The notes beneath the pieces were generated by a model. It was not told the DNA's origin. It did not search any database and was given only the letters and a program-made list of their open reading frames with translations. Of a stretch of 64,000 nt of DNA, positions 61,743-64,000 are shown piece after piece (position 1 is the stretch's first letter; each line of letters starts with the position of its first letter). The translations under genes and the position numbers were made by a program. Source of the DNA: Caulobacteraceae bacterium (GTDB taxonomy: Bacteria > Pseudomonadota > Alphaproteobacteria > Caulobacterales > Caulobacteraceae); contig CANJLH010000005.1 in assembly GCA_947475415.1 (NCBI GenBank), positions 78,292 through 142,291 of the forward strand, read 5' to 3'.

Positions 61743-62519
61743 ATGACCGAGAGCGTCAGCGAGGCTGTCGAAAGCAAGCCCGGTTTCATCAGCGAGACAG
61801 TCGAAATCCTGAAAACCGTGGTGGTCGCGCTAGCGATCGCGCTGGTGTTGCGGGTGATATTTTTCCAGCCGTTCACGATCCCATCGGCGTCGATGGAACC
61901 CAACCTGTACGAGGGCGACTATATCGTGGTGTCGAAATATGCCTACGGCTGGTCACGCCATTCGATACCCTTCAGCCCGCCGCTACCGCAGGGGCGCGTC
62001 TTTGAGCATGCGCCGAAGCGTGGGGATATCATCGTGTTCAAGCTACCGCGGGATGGCCACACCGATTACATCAAGCGGCTGATTGGCCTGCCCGGCGACC
62101 GGATCGAGGTCCATGGCGGGGTGGTCTACATCAACGGCCGCAAGATTCAACGAGTGCGCACCGCCACGGTCAGCGAGGATTCGGGCTATGGCTATGTACG
62201 CAACGTTGAACGTTACACCGAGACCTTGCCCGAGGGACGTCGAATTCACGTCAATGACTATGGGACAGGTGGCGATCTTGATGACACCTCGGTGATGGTT
62301 GTGCCGCCGGGGCATTATTTCTTCATGGGCGACAACCGGGACAACTCGATGGACAGTCGGTTGGACCCATCCGTCGGTGTGGGCTTCGTGCCCGCCGAGA
62401 ACCTTGTGGGGCGGGCGGAGGTGATCCTGTTGTCGTGGAAGAAGGGCGCCTCGCTCTTCAAGCCCTGGACCTGGGTCATGAACCTGCAGCCCAGCCGTTT
62501 CTTTACGCGGTTGCATTGA
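61743..62519 (+). CDS. lepB: Signal peptidase I (copy 1)
   Basis: TM helix, catalytic Ser (IPSASMEPNL) and Lys (DYIKRLIGLPGD), and GDNRDNSMDSR. Confidence 0.9.
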   Translation: MTESVSEAVESKPGFISETVEILKTVVVALAIALVLRVIFFQPFTIPSASMEPNLYEGDYIVVSKYAYGWSRHSIPFSPPLPQGRVFEHAPKRGDIIVFKLPRDGHTDYIKRLIGLPGDRIEVHGGVVYINGRKIQRVRTATVSEDSGYGYVRNVERYTETLPEGRRIHVNDYGTGGDLDDTSVMVVPPGHYFFMGDNRDNSMDSRLDPSVGVGFVPAENLVGRAEVILLSWKKGASLFKPWTWVMNLQPSRFFTRLH

Positions 62520-62601
62520 GCCGCCAGCCTTGCCCGCACTCTGGTGAGCGACTAGCACTCTGCGAGGCCGGAGCCCCGGGGACCGACCGCAGGAGTGGCG
62601 G

Positions 62602-63357
62602 ATGAGTGAAAGCCCTCAAGATGTGCCCGCGCACACCAAAACGGGCGCGCTGCACGAGACGGTCGAGGTCACAAAGACAGTGATCTATGCGCTGGTGATT
62701 GCGCTCGTGCTGCGTGTGGCGCTGTTCCAGCCATTCACAATTCCAACTTCATCGATGGTCCCGAATCTACTTGTGGGCGACTATGTGATCATCACCAAAT
62801 ATTCCTATGGCTGGTCCCGCTATTCGATTCCGTTTGGTCCGCCGCTCATCGAAGGGCGCATCTTCGAACGTAAGCCCGTGCGCGGTGATGTGATCGTCTT
62901 CAAACTGCCTCGGGACAACAAGACCGACTACGTGAAGCGCCTGATAGGGCTACCCGGTGACCGCATCGATGTGCACGGCGGCGTAGTCTATATCAATGAC
63001 AAGGCCGTGCCGCGCCAACCGATCGCCCCCGACCTGGACGGCGTGGCCCGCTTTCGCGAGACATTGCCGAATGGTGTATCCTATGTCGTCAATGACTTCG
63101 GCCCGGACGGCGACTTCGACAATGTGGGCGGCTACATTGTTCCGGAGGACCACTATTTCATGATGGGCGACAACCGGGACAACTCCTTGGACAGCCGCGC
63201 GCCCCAGGCGATTGGCGTGGGTTACGTACCGGCGGTGAACCTGGAAGGTAAGGCGCAGGTGGTTCTGTTGTCTTGGGAGGAGGGCGCTTCGGTTTTCAAG
63301 CCATGGACCTGGTTCACCAAGGCCCGCCCGCAGCGCTTCATCCATAAGGTCCAATGA
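62602..63357 (+). CDS. lepB: Signal peptidase I (copy 2, tandem paralogue)
   Basis: IPTSSMVPNL, DYVKRLIGLPGD and GDNRDNSLDSR. By eye it is roughly 60-65% identical to copy 1. Confidence 0.9.
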   Translation: MSESPQDVPAHTKTGALHETVEVTKTVIYALVIALVLRVALFQPFTIPTSSMVPNLLVGDYVIITKYSYGWSRYSIPFGPPLIEGRIFERKPVRGDVIVFKLPRDNKTDYVKRLIGLPGDRIDVHGGVVYINDKAVPRQPIAPDLDGVARFRETLPNGVSYVVNDFGPDGDFDNVGGYIVPEDHYFMMGDNRDNSLDSRAPQAIGVGYVPAVNLEGKAQVVLLSWEEGASVFKPWTWFTKARPQRFIHKVQ

Positions 63358-64000
63358 ACGCACGCGCAGCCGCCGTAACCGCTCTCGAAGCGATGATCGG
63401 ATATCGTTTCACCGACCGAGATTTACTGGAACGCGCGCTCACCCACTCAAGCGTTGGCGATGGCTCCCGTGCGGTGAGCCATTACCAGCGGCTGGAATTC
63501 CTGGGGGATCGTGTACTCAACCTTCTCGCAGCCGAACGATTGATGGAAGATCTGCAGGCTGAGGAAGGCCAGATGTCCCGTCGCATGGCCGCCCTGGTCA
63601 GCACGTCGGCTTGTGCCAGGGTTGCGCGACGCATCGGACTTTCACCCGCCCTCAGGCTGTCCGCCAGTGCAACGAAAGTGGGCGCACGGGAGTCCGAAAA
63701 TGTGCTGGGTGACGCCTGTGAGGCCCTGATCGCGGCGATATATCTGGACGGGGGACTGGAAGCGGCGCGAGCCTTCTTTAACCCTGTCTGGACGCCTGAG
63801 TTCGAGCAACTTGAAGATCCGGCTCTGCGCGAACCCAAGACCCGCTTGCAGGAGTGGGCGCAGGGCCAGCGCCTCCCCTTGCCGGCCTACCGCATCGCCG
63901 CGCGGACGGGACCTGATCATGCGCCCGCCTTCACCGTCGAGGTGAAAGTGGAAGGTCTTCCACCCGAACGGGCCCAGGGGCGCACTCGACAGGAGGCCGA
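63354..64000 (+). CDS. rnc: Ribonuclease III (3'-truncated by the window edge)
   Basis: ERLEFLGDRVLNL catalytic signature. The dsRBD begins (PKTRLQEWAQ) and the ORF is still open at 64000. Its ATG overlaps the lepB copy-2 stop. Confidence 0.9.
   Translation, partial: MNARAAAVTALEAMIGYRFTDRDLLERALTHSSVGDGSRAVSHYQRLEFLGDRVLNLLAAERLMEDLQAEEGQMSRRMAALVSTSACARVARRIGLSPALRLSASATKVGARESENVLGDACEALIAAIYLDGGLEAARAFFNPVWTPEFEQLEDPALREPKTRLQEWAQGQRLPLPAYRIAARTGPDHAPAFTVEVKVEGLPPERAQGRTRQEA

Overview
This is a 64 kb window of high-GC (about 66-68% by eye) bacterial chromosome, read as densely coding on both strands. I call it alphaproteobacterial on three grounds: a GTTC-N7-GTTC LexA-type box in front of uvrA, the housekeeping gene order rpoZ-spoT / pyrE-pdxJ-acpS-lepB-lepB-rnc, and a dapA-smpB pair. 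That assignment rests on gene order and motif knowledge, not on a database search. I found no rRNA, tRNA, CRISPR array, transposase or integrase; many extra ORFs in the six-frame track are antisense artefacts typical of high-GC DNA.

The window falls into three parts:
- About 1 to 23,600: a roughly 23 kb lipid, terpenoid or steroid-type beta-oxidation island. It holds 5 crotonases, 2 adjacent acyl-CoA dehydrogenases, 3 tandem acyl-CoA synthetases, 2 thiolase-related genes, 3 luciferase-like monooxygenases, an NMO-family enzyme, an MFE-2/Hsd4A-type SDR, a SnoaL-like protein and a lactonase-family gene. No regulator or transporter is visible inside it.
- About 23,700 to 48,700: a mixed region. 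Housekeeping genes here are trmFO, uvrA (with an SOS box) and sthA. Accessory genes include an orphan ParA-like ATPase, a large flotillin/SPFH protein, an SCP-x-thiolase plus DUF35 pair with an SDR and crotonase, a deazaflavin-type DUF385 protein, and a 1093-aa single-chain BC-BCCP-CT biotin carboxylase of the LCC type.
- About 49,300 to 64,000: conserved housekeeping genes. These are a cyclophilin, a GT4 glycosyltransferase, slt, dapA, smpB, a GNAT, a family 4/5 UDG overlapping a NYN-domain gene, folK, rpoZ, spoT, pyrE, pdxJ, acpS, two tandem lepB copies, and rnc truncated at the window edge.

The most interesting candidates are:
- the single-chain acyl-CoA carboxylase embedded in a catabolic context;
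- the operon-like run of three acyl-CoA synthetases followed by a lactonase and a luciferase-like monooxygenase;
- the thiolase-DUF35 C-C cleavage module;
- the overlapping NYN-UDG gene pair;
- the orphan ParA with the LexA box before uvrA;
- the tandem lepB genes.

I could not identify one clearly novel multi-gene system with confidence, so the findings are graded accordingly.
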